A stretch of DNA of 64,000 nucleotides from a virus (taxonomy: Duplodnaviria; Caudoviricetes): the IMG/VR virus record IMGVR_UViG_3300020236_000046, positions 7,492 to 71,491 of that record; one strand, written 5' to 3'. Shown piece by piece: positions 19,557 through 28,101 of the stretch. A program made the translations under genes and the position numbers. The notes beneath the pieces are model-generated. The model saw only the letters and a program-made list of their open reading frames with translations, was not told the DNA's origin and ran no database searches. Positions within the stretch are counted from its first letter, which is position 1. Each line of letters begins with the position of its first letter.

Positions 19557-20569
19557 CTTACTTCCTCCATCATTTCTACAAACTGTGTACCTGTCAGCCA
19601 TTGATCGTTAGTATCAGAATAATAGGCTTGTTTTAATCTATTTTCTTTTTGTAGGTATATCATATTAGGTTGGATTTGGTATCCCCCATTAAGATTAATA
19701 GTATAAGGCAATTCTTCTTGTGCGATTAGACATTCGTGGAGTTTTTCCCCTTTACGCATACCTATTTCTTTTATGTTCAAATGCTTTGCGGTTGTTTTAG
19801 CCATAGCCCATAATACCTGTATCATATCTGGAAGTTTCATAGAAGGTAGTTTAGGAATAAATATTTCCCCTCCTATCATTTCACAGCATCTGGCAAGGAT
19901 GAAGTCCGCTACCTGTGATTGAGTACTCCAGAAACGAGTCATTAATTTGTCCGTGATTGTCACAGCATTTCCTTTTTCTATCTGATCCTTAAATATATGT
20001 ACGACTGAACCTCTACTGCCTAATATATTACCATAACGGCAACAGGAAAATTGTGCGCCTTTACTGCCTGAATACACATTACCCTGTATAAACAGTTTTT
20101 CCGCCGCCATTTTTGTTGTGCCATAGAGATTAATTGGATAAACCGCTTTATCCGTGCTGATATTCATAACTTTTTGCACACCTGAATCCAAAGAGGCATT
20201 TAATATGTTTTCCGCTCCGTGTATATTTGTTTCTATCGCTTCTAAAGGATTATCTTCACATGTAGGCACTTGTTTCATAGCGGCAGTATGTATTACTAAA
20301 TCTACTCCTTCTGTTGCCCTTTTAACCCGTTGATAATCTCTTATGTCCCCTATTAAAAATGATACTGGGACATCTTTTAGATGAGTAGGATTAATATTGC
20401 CCAGTCTTTCTTTCATTTTTCTTTTTAGTTCCCATTGCTTCCATTCGTCCCGGCTGAATATTCTTATCCCTCTAGGTTTATGATGTAAAATTAATTGATG
20501 CAATAATTGTTGCCCCAAACTACCAGTCCCGCCAGTTAAAAGTATCTCTTTTCCATTTAACCAACTCAT
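19553..20569 (-). CDS. pseB: UDP-N-acetylglucosamine 4,6-dehydratase (inverting), PseB/FlaA1 family
   Basis: 'TGGTGSLG', 'IFSRDEWKQ', 'HTAAMKQVPTCE', 'STDKAVYPINLYGTTK', 'RYGNILGSRGSV', 'TRFW'. Confidence 0.93.
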   Translation of the reverse strand: MSWLNGKEILLTGGTGSLGQQLLHQLILHHKPRGIRIFSRDEWKQWELKRKMKERLGNINPTHLKDVPVSFLIGDIRDYQRVKRATEGVDLVIHTAAMKQVPTCEDNPLEAIETNIHGAENILNASLDSGVQKVMNISTDKAVYPINLYGTTKMAAEKLFIQGNVYSGSKGAQFSCCRYGNILGSRGSVVHIFKDQIEKGNAVTITDKLMTRFWSTQSQVADFILARCCEMIGGEIFIPKLPSMKLPDMIQVLWAMAKTTAKHLNIKEIGMRKGEKLHECLIAQEELPYTINLNGGYQIQPNMIYLQKENRLKQAYYSDTNDQWLTGTQFVEMMEEVR

Positions 20570-20585
20570 ATAGTCTCCTTTATTT

Positions 20586-20810
20586 TTAGTTACTTTTTAG
20601 TTTTATATATTTTTTGCCTATGCGAATTGTGTATTCCCCACATTTAAGTGCAAATTGTTCATCGGTTATTTTTATTTCATTTACGGATATAGCTCCTTGC
20701 TTGATAAGTCTTCTTACTTCGGAAGAACTTTTTACTGCACCACAGTCCGAAAGTATTGATGACAGAAACTCCGTCTCCTTCTTCCAGTCGTGCTCGCAGC
20801 TCCTTTTCAT
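20586..20810 (-). CDS. Stand-alone S4 RNA-binding domain protein (TyrRS C-terminal-like)
   Basis: 'GAVKSSSEVRRLIKQGAISVNEIKITD...GEYTIRIGKK'. Confidence 0.75.
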   Translation of the reverse strand: MKRSCEHDWKKETEFLSSILSDCGAVKSSSEVRRLIKQGAISVNEIKITDEQFALKCGEYTIRIGKKYIKLKSN

Positions 20811-20897
20811 TTATTATCTCCACCACTCCAAAGCGGATTATTGAAAACTGTTTTCGATTTCTTTTGACCCCATGTCAGGAAATTCAAATTTTTTCAT

Positions 20898-21761
20898 TTA
20901 TTTTTCAGTTAATATTGTTCTATATTGTTTTAACGGCCTTTGCCCGTCTATCGGGTCTGTACGCCACATATCTATATCTATTATATTATCTTTCAGGATT
21001 ATATGCGGATATGGAGGATCAGATGCATCAAGCCCTTCTCTAATGTCATAAATTACTTTTCCTATTTGTTTTGGTTTCCAGCAATGACCGAATTTATATT
21101 CATTCCCTTTTCCGTCTAAATCCAAATGAAATTCTATAGCCCGCGCACCTTCAGCTACGGCCCGATGCAGAACACCCGGTGAAACTGTATGATCCGACCA
21201 CCCAATTCTTATCCCGTATGTTTTTTTTAGTTCCCTTATCCTTTTCAATTTACAATCAACGGGTTTAGCCGGATAATGAGAATTACAATGGTATAAGGTG
21301 ATTGTGTCTATTCTAGGATGAAATGCAAGTAATGTTCGTATGGCTTTATCAGCTTCTTCTTCTGTGGCGTTACCTAGTGATAGAGAAACAGGTAATCCTG
21401 TAGAGGCACAATGTTTTATTAAATTCATCCATAATATTTCATAAGAACCTATTTTCAAACTATCGACGTAGGGACTTAAATGATCAACTGCGTTTAAAGA
21501 AAAGGGCGTACAATGAAATTTAATATTAAGCATTTTGCATACATTTGCTAAATTAGGCAACCAACTTAAAAACAGTTCGCTGTTTTTTAAGTCCTTTGCT
21601 TTTTCTGGATTTCGTATTGGGCTGTATAGGTGTTCAGCATTAAATAATTGGAATTTGACGGCAGTACAACCCATAACAGCCGCCGATTTTATTAATTTAA
21701 CCGCTCTGCTGTAATCCTGGTTATGATTTCCGCCAATATCAGCAATGAATTCAATTTTCAT
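20898..21761 (-). CDS. Nonulosonic acid synthase, NeuB/PseI/SpsE family (short form, no AFL/SAF domain)
   Basis: 'FIADIGGNHNQD', 'AVKFQLF', 'CTPFSLNAV', 'KIGSYE', 'IGWSDHT', 'AIEFH'. Confidence 0.9.
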   Translation of the reverse strand: MKIEFIADIGGNHNQDYSRAVKLIKSAAVMGCTAVKFQLFNAEHLYSPIRNPEKAKDLKNSELFLSWLPNLANVCKMLNIKFHCTPFSLNAVDHLSPYVDSLKIGSYEILWMNLIKHCASTGLPVSLSLGNATEEEADKAIRTLLAFHPRIDTITLYHCNSHYPAKPVDCKLKRIRELKKTYGIRIGWSDHTVSPGVLHRAVAEGARAIEFHLDLDGKGNEYKFGHCWKPKQIGKVIYDIREGLDASDPPYPHIILKDNIIDIDMWRTDPIDGQRPLKQYRTILTEK

Positions 21762-23014
21762 ATTAACTCTTTTCTATGGTCCCAAACTTTCCAAAACGCC
21801 TGGATTACATCATCAAGGCTTTGTTTATCTGCGTTAGGCCCAAATAGACGATGAATAATTATTAGTTCTTTTTTATACATTCTTTCACAGACAGGAGTAC
21901 TATCCCGCCATTTACTATCAGTAAATAAAGGCATCTGATTTATAGGTTTTGTATAACCATTACCTATCGGTACACCTTCCTGTTCCCTGTCTTTTACCGG
22001 CTGTAATTCTGCTTTGACCGCATTAACAAATGTATTACGTGAAATATTGTCTTCTATATTATAATATTTTATTGGTAGAACATAATAGGAATGGGTACAC
22101 TTATCTCGGATAATCGGCATAACAAGACACTCTATACCTTTTAATTCCTTTATAAGGTATTCTACATTTTTTAATCTGGCTTCCAGCAGGGCATCAAATT
22201 TCGTTAATTGCGCTATTGCAATCGCCGCCTGTATTTCAGTTAATCTTAAATTGAAACCAAACATTTTAGGAAATTCTAGTTCGACATGAAGAGTATCAAA
22301 CAAGGAATTATTTACCGCTTCGGCATGATTCCGCAAAAGACGGCATTTATCTGCTAATTCTGAATCATTTGTTAATATAATACCACCTTCACCACAGGTC
22401 ATATGCTTACCCTGATTAAGTGAAAACACTCCTATATCCCCTAACAGACCACAATAGGTATCTCCGTTTTTTGCTCCTACTGCTTGTGCGGCATCTTCTA
22501 TAACCCATATATTTTCACCTATTATATTTTTTAATTTTTTATAATTATAAGGCAATCCAAATAGGCTTACTGGTATTATTGCTTTTGTTTTATCTGTTAT
22601 TCTATCTTTTACAGAATAAGGATCAAGACAATAGTAATCTTCTTCTATATCCGCAAATACAGGAATTCCACCCCATGCCATAGGAGCGGTTGCGGAACAG
22701 GTCATAGAAAATGGGGTCACAATTACTTCATCCCCAGGTCGAATATCTACTGCACCACAAGCTATTATTAATCCACTTGTACAGGAATTAACAGCAATAG
22801 CATATTTTGCATTGAATTTTTTTGCCCATATTTTTTCTAGTGTTTGTACATATTCACCACCATTATGTCCTGCATGATCAGCTTGAAATCCTGTCAGAAT
22901 TCCAGTATCAAGCACTCTGTTTACCATGCTCTTTTCCATATTGCCTATAGTATTTTGTGATGGCAATAATTCAATTCGGACAGGTTTTCCTCCGTTTACA
23001 GCTAATACTGCCAT
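21758..23014 (-). CDS. PLP-dependent sugar aminotransferase (DegT/DnrJ/EryC1/StrS; PseC/SpsC-like)
   Basis: 'AVNSCTSGL', 'EDAAQAVGA', 'FSLNQGKHMTCGEGG', 'GFNLRLTEIQAA'. Confidence 0.93.
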   Translation of the reverse strand: MAVLAVNGGKPVRIELLPSQNTIGNMEKSMVNRVLDTGILTGFQADHAGHNGGEYVQTLEKIWAKKFNAKYAIAVNSCTSGLIIACGAVDIRPGDEVIVTPFSMTCSATAPMAWGGIPVFADIEEDYYCLDPYSVKDRITDKTKAIIPVSLFGLPYNYKKLKNIIGENIWVIEDAAQAVGAKNGDTYCGLLGDIGVFSLNQGKHMTCGEGGIILTNDSELADKCRLLRNHAEAVNNSLFDTLHVELEFPKMFGFNLRLTEIQAAIAIAQLTKFDALLEARLKNVEYLIKELKGIECLVMPIIRDKCTHSYYVLPIKYYNIEDNISRNTFVNAVKAELQPVKDREQEGVPIGNGYTKPINQMPLFTDSKWRDSTPVCERMYKKELIIIHRLFGPNADKQSLDDVIQAFWKVWDHRKELI

Positions 23015-23015
23015 A

Positions 23016-24038
23016 TTATAATCTTCCTCCTTCTATAAGTGGTAAGCCATGTATTGCCCGTCTAGCATTGAATGTTGGGTATCTATATTTCATATACAAC
23101 ATTATTTCGTTAATCATATAGTGAACATACACTGCATGTTCTGGTGTGCAGTGAGGCAAACTACGAGTACTATTTAAAATATCAACGGCGTTGTTGATTA
23201 CACGTGATAATCCAACAGTCAGGTCTGTTTTATTCCGCACACAAGTATTAGACAGATTAGGATAATACCCATAGGTATCTTCCATTACAATAGAATATAC
23301 ATCATTATATATCCCATGATGTGTAAGATTAATTCTTCCATTGCCAGTAAATATATCTATATCAAATATTGAATATTTATTAGCATCAATATTGATTAAT
23401 TCTACATTTTGACATTTTTCAAATCGTAGTTTTATAGAAGACAAATCCTGGGATACATAATCAACTTGAAGCATTTTTCCAAATAAATAATGAAACAGGT
23501 CTAACGCATGGCATCCTTCATGTTCCAGACTTTTTCCATATATTGCACGAGCATGATAAATCTCACTACTTGGAATTTTATCTAAATCATTTTTTATTTG
23601 TTGAATGGCATTAAGATACCGTCTTGTGTAATTGATCATTAATGGAATTCCTGCTTGTCTATATTTATCCATAATTTTTCTGGCTTCCTTTTCAGTGAGA
23701 CAAAAAGGTTTTTCAGCTATAACGAGTTTTGGTCGATATGATACTAGATGATGCAACACCTCATAATGATTTTCAGTAGGAACACAAACAGCCACAATAT
23801 CAGGTTTTTCTGTATTTATCATATACCGAAAGTCAATATATTTTTTACAGTTCCATTTTTCACCTGCTGATTCTACTCTTGATATGTTTATATCACAGAC
23901 AGCTACTAAATCAGTATCAGCACACCGACGATAGAAGGCATGAGCTATTGTAAGAGCATTACCTAATCCTATTCTATCGTATTGATCCGGTTTCAACGCC
24001 CCAATACTACCACAACCTATGACAACTGCTTTATACAC
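23016..24038 (-). CDS. Gfo/Idh/MocA family NAD-dependent oxidoreductase
   Basis: 'VIGCGSIG', 'VAVCVPTENH', 'AEKPFC', 'INYTRRY', 'CHALD'. Confidence 0.9.
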   Translation of the reverse strand: MYKAVVIGCGSIGALKPDQYDRIGLGNALTIAHAFYRRCADTDLVAVCDINISRVESAGEKWNCKKYIDFRYMINTEKPDIVAVCVPTENHYEVLHHLVSYRPKLVIAEKPFCLTEKEARKIMDKYRQAGIPLMINYTRRYLNAIQQIKNDLDKIPSSEIYHARAIYGKSLEHEGCHALDLFHYLFGKMLQVDYVSQDLSSIKLRFEKCQNVELINIDANKYSIFDIDIFTGNGRINLTHHGIYNDVYSIVMEDTYGYYPNLSNTCVRNKTDLTVGLSRVINNAVDILNSTRSLPHCTPEHAVYVHYMINEIMLYMKYRYPTFNARRAIHGLPLIEGGRL

Positions 24039-24812
24039 TTAAACCTTCTTTCTTTTAACCATTTCATTATATTTTAATATATCTGGATTGACTATTAAGA
24101 AATCTAGTATGTCTTCAACAGGGAATAATATATTTTCTTCTTTTACAAATTTTTCAAATAGGTATTTCAGCACTTTATAATCTCTAATTTCATCTAGTGT
24201 GAGACCCCATTCAGGATGCTTGTATTTATTCGGGGCTTCAACATTCAATACTCGATACCCTCCATCTTTTACAATGTTCCATCCTGCATGATCATGGTTT
24301 AATGTGTTGATATTGTCTAATGACCGTGTGTTTTTTCTCATTAAGTAATAAAGAGCTTTTAAAGTATAAACTTGTATATCTAATCCATCAGGCCAAGTGC
24401 GTTCTACAACATTAGAAATATAGTCAATATTATTTTTTCTGAATTCCTTAACAAGTTTATCTATATGGCGGGGATCGACTAATGGACAGTCTGCTGTAAT
24501 GTCTACTATTGTAGTTGCATCAAAAGACATAGCGGCTTCATATACCCGATTCAATACATCATGCTCACTTCCACGATATAATTTTATATTAGGATATACT
24601 CGCGCTATTCTATTTTTATAATTATCCACTATCAGCAAATCACTTTTTTTAACTGTTGTAGCTATAACAACTTCATCAATAGTCTCGGCGGCGGATACCC
24701 TGGCGACAACTATTTCCAGTACAGTCTTGTCTTTCCATAAAGGCAACAGAACTTTACCAGGTAATCTCTTACTATCTATTCTTGCTTGTATTATCGCTAC
24801 TGTTTTATTCAT
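24039..24812 (-). CDS. Acylneuraminate cytidylyltransferase, SpsF/PseF-type
   Basis: 'IIQARIDSKRLPGKVL', 'GSEHDVLNR', 'ITADCPLVDP', 'WPDGLDIQV', 'LTLDEIRD'. Confidence 0.9.
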   Translation of the reverse strand: MNKTVAIIQARIDSKRLPGKVLLPLWKDKTVLEIVVARVSAAETIDEVVIATTVKKSDLLIVDNYKNRIARVYPNIKLYRGSEHDVLNRVYEAAMSFDATTIVDITADCPLVDPRHIDKLVKEFRKNNIDYISNVVERTWPDGLDIQVYTLKALYYLMRKNTRSLDNINTLNHDHAGWNIVKDGGYRVLNVEAPNKYKHPEWGLTLDEIRDYKVLKYLFEKFVKEENILFPVEDILDFLIVNPDILKYNEMVKRKKV

Positions 24813-25012
24813 TTTCTTTTAATTTCTTTAAACGTAGTTACTACATTTGTATCCGCTAGTATAATCCTATCTATTATTTTTAGTGTTTCTTCTACTGGCG
24901 CATAAATAAGAGCGAGTTTAATTAATTCCATCCAATTTTTATTATTCCCCGCTCGAAGTGCTTGTATCTTATTCATAATCTTCCTTACTTTAATTGGGTC
25001 TAATTGAGACAT
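24809..25012 (-). CDS. Hypothetical protein
   Basis: ORF translationally coupled on both sides. Confidence 0.6.
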   Translation of the reverse strand: MSQLDPIKVRKIMNKIQALRAGNNKNWMELIKLALIYAPVEETLKIIDRIILADTNVVTTFKEIKRK

Positions 25013-25611
25013 TTTACTTTCGACACTCCTTTCGTTTGTGTTACTTCAAATGACCTGTCGGCAATTTCTATTAGATCACTGTCATGACTCAACATTATTA
25101 TTTGGATACCTAGTTTTTTACTTACCTCTTTCAACATATCTCCTGCTCGATTTCTTAAATTTCCGAGGAATTTAAAAGGTTCATCCATGATGATAAGAGG
25201 GCGTGTGTGTGGAGTACGTAAACTCCATAAAGCAACACGCAGGGCAAAAGATACAATATCAACCGCGCCGCCACCTTCCTCATTTAACAGGTTCATTTTA
25301 TGCCCGTCACGCAATAAATATAAATCCAGTTCTGTTTTATTCCTACGAACTACAAATTCTGCTTTAAATTCACAGGGCATATCATCATAGACGGCGGAGA
25401 GGGCAAGATTAACAACGTCTGATATATGAAATTCAAGTTCAGCCTGTGTTTTTTTTGCTACTAATTGAATGATGTTACGGGCCTGTTCTATATTTTCAAC
25501 CCGATCTTTTAACTTTTCTATTTTTTCCTTTTGTAATTGAATACCTTTCGCAAGTATTCTTCTTTCGGCTTTCTGCTCTATGAATTTTTTGTTTATTGTT
25601 TCCAGGCTCAT
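25000..25611 (-). CDS. SbcC/Rad50/gp46-like ATPase, C-terminal half
   Basis: Coiled coil, then signature-like 'GGGAVDIVSFALR', Walker B 'IIMDEPF', H-loop 'MLSH'. Confidence 0.85.
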   Translation of the reverse strand: MSLETINKKFIEQKAERRILAKGIQLQKEKIEKLKDRVENIEQARNIIQLVAKKTQAELEFHISDVVNLALSAVYDDMPCEFKAEFVVRRNKTELDLYLLRDGHKMNLLNEEGGGAVDIVSFALRVALWSLRTPHTRPLIIMDEPFKFLGNLRNRAGDMLKEVSKKLGIQIIMLSHDSDLIEIADRSFEVTQTKGVSKVKCLN

Positions 25612-25856
25612 TAGAATCCATACTCATCTTCAAGTGTTATCATACCCTTTTCGATTTCTTTATCTATCTTATCTATTTCCTTTTGTAAATCCTTCAATTT
25701 TTGTGTTGCTCCTTTAGTAGTGCTTGCGTGTTTTTTAAGAGCCGCATTCAGAGTTTCTATCTTACCTTGTAATTGCGCTCTAGCTAATTTTACATCTTCG
25801 ATTTCTTTTCTTATGCCTAGCAATTCTTCTGTTAATGCATCTTTATTTGACATCAT
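25611..25856 (-). CDS. Small coiled-coil protein
   Basis: Heptad-rich sequence; coupled to SbcC C-half. Confidence 0.65.
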   Translation of the reverse strand: MMSNKDALTEELLGIRKEIEDVKLARAQLQGKIETLNAALKKHASTTKGATQKLKDLQKEIDKIDKEIEKGMITLEDEYGF

Positions 25857-26346
25857 TAATAATTACCTCTGGTTTTGAACTACTCACCTTTAAATCATTA
25901 TTGTACTTACCAACATAAGGCTGTTCACAAGATGCGGTAAGCCGCATAAATATCATTTGCCCTATTCGTTGATTTGGTTTGAGGACTATTTTAGTATATT
26001 TAGTAGCATTTCCTAATTCCATTGTCAGTGAAGAATTGTGCCAACCTGGATCACACCATCCTGCCATATTATGTGTTAATCCTTGTCTTGCAAGTGAGGA
26101 TTTTAATGCAAAGAATGCGCCTATATTATCTGGTAGATTAAATATTGTTGTTGTTCCTCCTAGAAAAAAATCTCCTGGGGACAAAATAAGAGTATCTATG
26201 ATTTTAAATTTGTTTCCTTCTTCTGTTATAAATTCAGAGGAAAGACACACATCATAGCTGGCAGAATTTAATAACCTAGATTCAAAAGGAACAATCATAG
26301 TTGTTGATATAGCTAATTCTCTTATTTCATGATCTGGTAATATCAT
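25843..26346 (-). CDS. dcd: dCTP deaminase
   Basis: 'NSASYDV', 'LKSSLARQGL', 'GWCDPGW', 'TMELGN', 'IGQMIF'. Confidence 0.9.
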   Translation of the reverse strand: MILPDHEIRELAISTTMIVPFESRLLNSASYDVCLSSEFITEEGNKFKIIDTLILSPGDFFLGGTTTIFNLPDNIGAFFALKSSLARQGLTHNMAGWCDPGWHNSSLTMELGNATKYTKIVLKPNQRIGQMIFMRLTASCEQPYVGKYNNDLKVSSSKPEVIINDVK

Positions 26347-27065
26347 TATTTCACCTCTATATCATCAAATATGACAGGGATCAGCATTTTAAAATCATGT
26401 AACATAGGAATCATTATTTCCCGCATTTGAGGGTGTGGTTTTCCCGTTATGCCAACAGCCCTCATTTTAAAAATATGCCTCCATTCTCGCAGGTTTGCCG
26501 TAATAACGATTTCTGTCTTTAATCCGATTGGTAGTACATTACGTGCTTCTTCTGGTTTCCATCCGATATCCTTATCCCTTAAACTAAGATATAAACGCTC
26601 TGCGTGATACATAGCCACAAGCCATATAAGAGACCCAGGGTCTCTTATAGTTTCGGGATGTCCATTAATACTCAAACCATTCATCCCTGTATAATAGATA
26701 CTAAATGGCTCATATAATTTGAATCCTTCCCATAATGTTACCCATGGAGGTATTATGAATGTCACGCCGTGTTCTTCTTTTCCATAATCGCAGTAGCGCG
26801 TGGATTCCTGCGAGTAGGAGGCTAGCCGGTGTCGCACTAATTCGTGTGTGACACCACGATCGCATATAATTCGTACTGACACCTTTTCATGTTCGATAAC
26901 ACTTTCATGGCCGCGTTTCAGGATACCTCTGATAAAAGACGTAGCGGAATCAGGTGTTATGTTATCTTCTGATTTATAACAGGTACGCCCGGCCTTTTCT
27001 ATACGTTGAAGTATCTCTAATCCATCAATAGGTTCGATTTCATAGTGAGGTTTTACGATTATCAT
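26346..27065 (-). CDS. thyX: FAD-dependent thymidylate synthase
   Basis: 'GHESVIEH', 'RGVTHELVRHRLASYSQESTRY', 'ARNVLP', 'NLREWRH'; start at 27065 after ggag SD. Confidence 0.95.
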   Translation of the reverse strand: MIIVKPHYEIEPIDGLEILQRIEKAGRTCYKSEDNITPDSATSFIRGILKRGHESVIEHEKVSVRIICDRGVTHELVRHRLASYSQESTRYCDYGKEEHGVTFIIPPWVTLWEGFKLYEPFSIYYTGMNGLSINGHPETIRDPGSLIWLVAMYHAERLYLSLRDKDIGWKPEEARNVLPIGLKTEIVITANLREWRHIFKMRAVGITGKPHPQMREIMIPMLHDFKMLIPVIFDDIEVK

Positions 27066-27088
27066 TATTTCCCTCCTTTTTTTAATTT

Positions 27089-27316
27089 CTAACATATACC
27101 GGATAATCCTGACCTTACCCCATCGCCTACAGTTTGGTGTGTGCGGCCACATTCTTTACATCCCCCACCCGAAGTACGCCAATCTAAGGGAGTATTTACT
27201 GGAGGATTGTCTGCTTCTTCCCGTTCTCCCCGAATTATTAACACTATTAGCATAATAACGCGAGCGAGGATTAAAAATAGAAAGACTGTTAAAATTATTA
27301 TGTCTCTGATACTCAT
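27089..27316 (-). CDS. Hypothetical membrane protein
   Basis: N-terminal hydrophobic helix; aggagg SD. Confidence 0.5.
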   Translation of the reverse strand: MSIRDIIILTVFLFLILARVIMLIVLIIRGEREEADNPPVNTPLDWRTSGGGCKECGRTHQTVGDGVRSGLSGIC

Positions 27317-27331
27317 TTATTTCCTCCTTTC

Positions 27332-27649
27332 TTAGAATAGGGGCGTGGTATCTGTGCCTTGAAGAACATTAAATACAGCATTTTTTTCTCGTTCTAATAG
27401 AACTATTGCTAATTGTGAATATACCCCAATGTCCCGTAAAGTATCCTTTATTGATTCATCTTTAACATGAAGCTCACCACTCCTTAAATATTGTTCTACC
27501 CGTGCAAATTTATCGCTTAATCGTATAATAACACCAACAAAAGGAGACACTCCTAATCTTTGTACGGCGTTTAGATTTCCTAGCGGGTCTTCATCACTGC
27601 CGTAATCATGGCTTTTTCTTAGGTGCAATTCTTTCATTTCATCTAACAA
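27332..27649 (-). CDS. DUF1599-like all-alpha nucleotide-modification-associated protein (start uncertain)
   Basis: 'LHLRKSHDYG..DPLGN..RLSDKFAR..ESIKDTLRDIGVYS'. Confidence 0.65.
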   Translation of the reverse strand: MLDEMKELHLRKSHDYGSDEDPLGNLNAVQRLGVSPFVGVIIRLSDKFARVEQYLRSGELHVKDESIKDTLRDIGVYSQLAIVLLEREKNAVFNVLQGTDTTPLF

Positions 27650-27873
27650 TTCAAGGTATCGTTGTGATGATGGATGTAATGTTTTCTTTATTGATATAGC
27701 CCCATATTTTTTATTCCTTCATGATCCACTTTTCCCTCCTTTTTTTTAACAGTAAGATTTAAAAATTCTTCTATAGTAGAAAATTCAACACCTATTCGTG
27801 CCTTTCCTATTTTTTTTAAATAGTATATTGCTTCTTTTGTTGTCGTAAATAACATTTCATCCCTTTATCACAA

Positions 27874-28101
27874 TTAAAATAATGCACACGCCATATAGTG
27901 AACTTTCATGCCTTTTACTATTTTTTGGTAGTGGTATGCTTTCCATCCTATTTTATAATGATGCTGTTCTATCAATTTTCCAAAAGTAGTTTCTAATACA
28001 TCCCCTATTCTGTTGTTAGGAACTCGGAACATACGAACCCATTTAAAATAGTAATTTTTATCCTTATCAACTATGAATTGAATAACTATAAAACTAGTCA
28101 T
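27874..28101 (-). CDS. Hypothetical protein
   Basis: ORF overlapping the SbcD stop. Confidence 0.5.
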   Translation of the reverse strand: MTSFIVIQFIVDKDKNYYFKWVRMFRVPNNRIGDVLETTFGKLIEQHHYKIGWKAYHYQKIVKGMKVHYMACALF

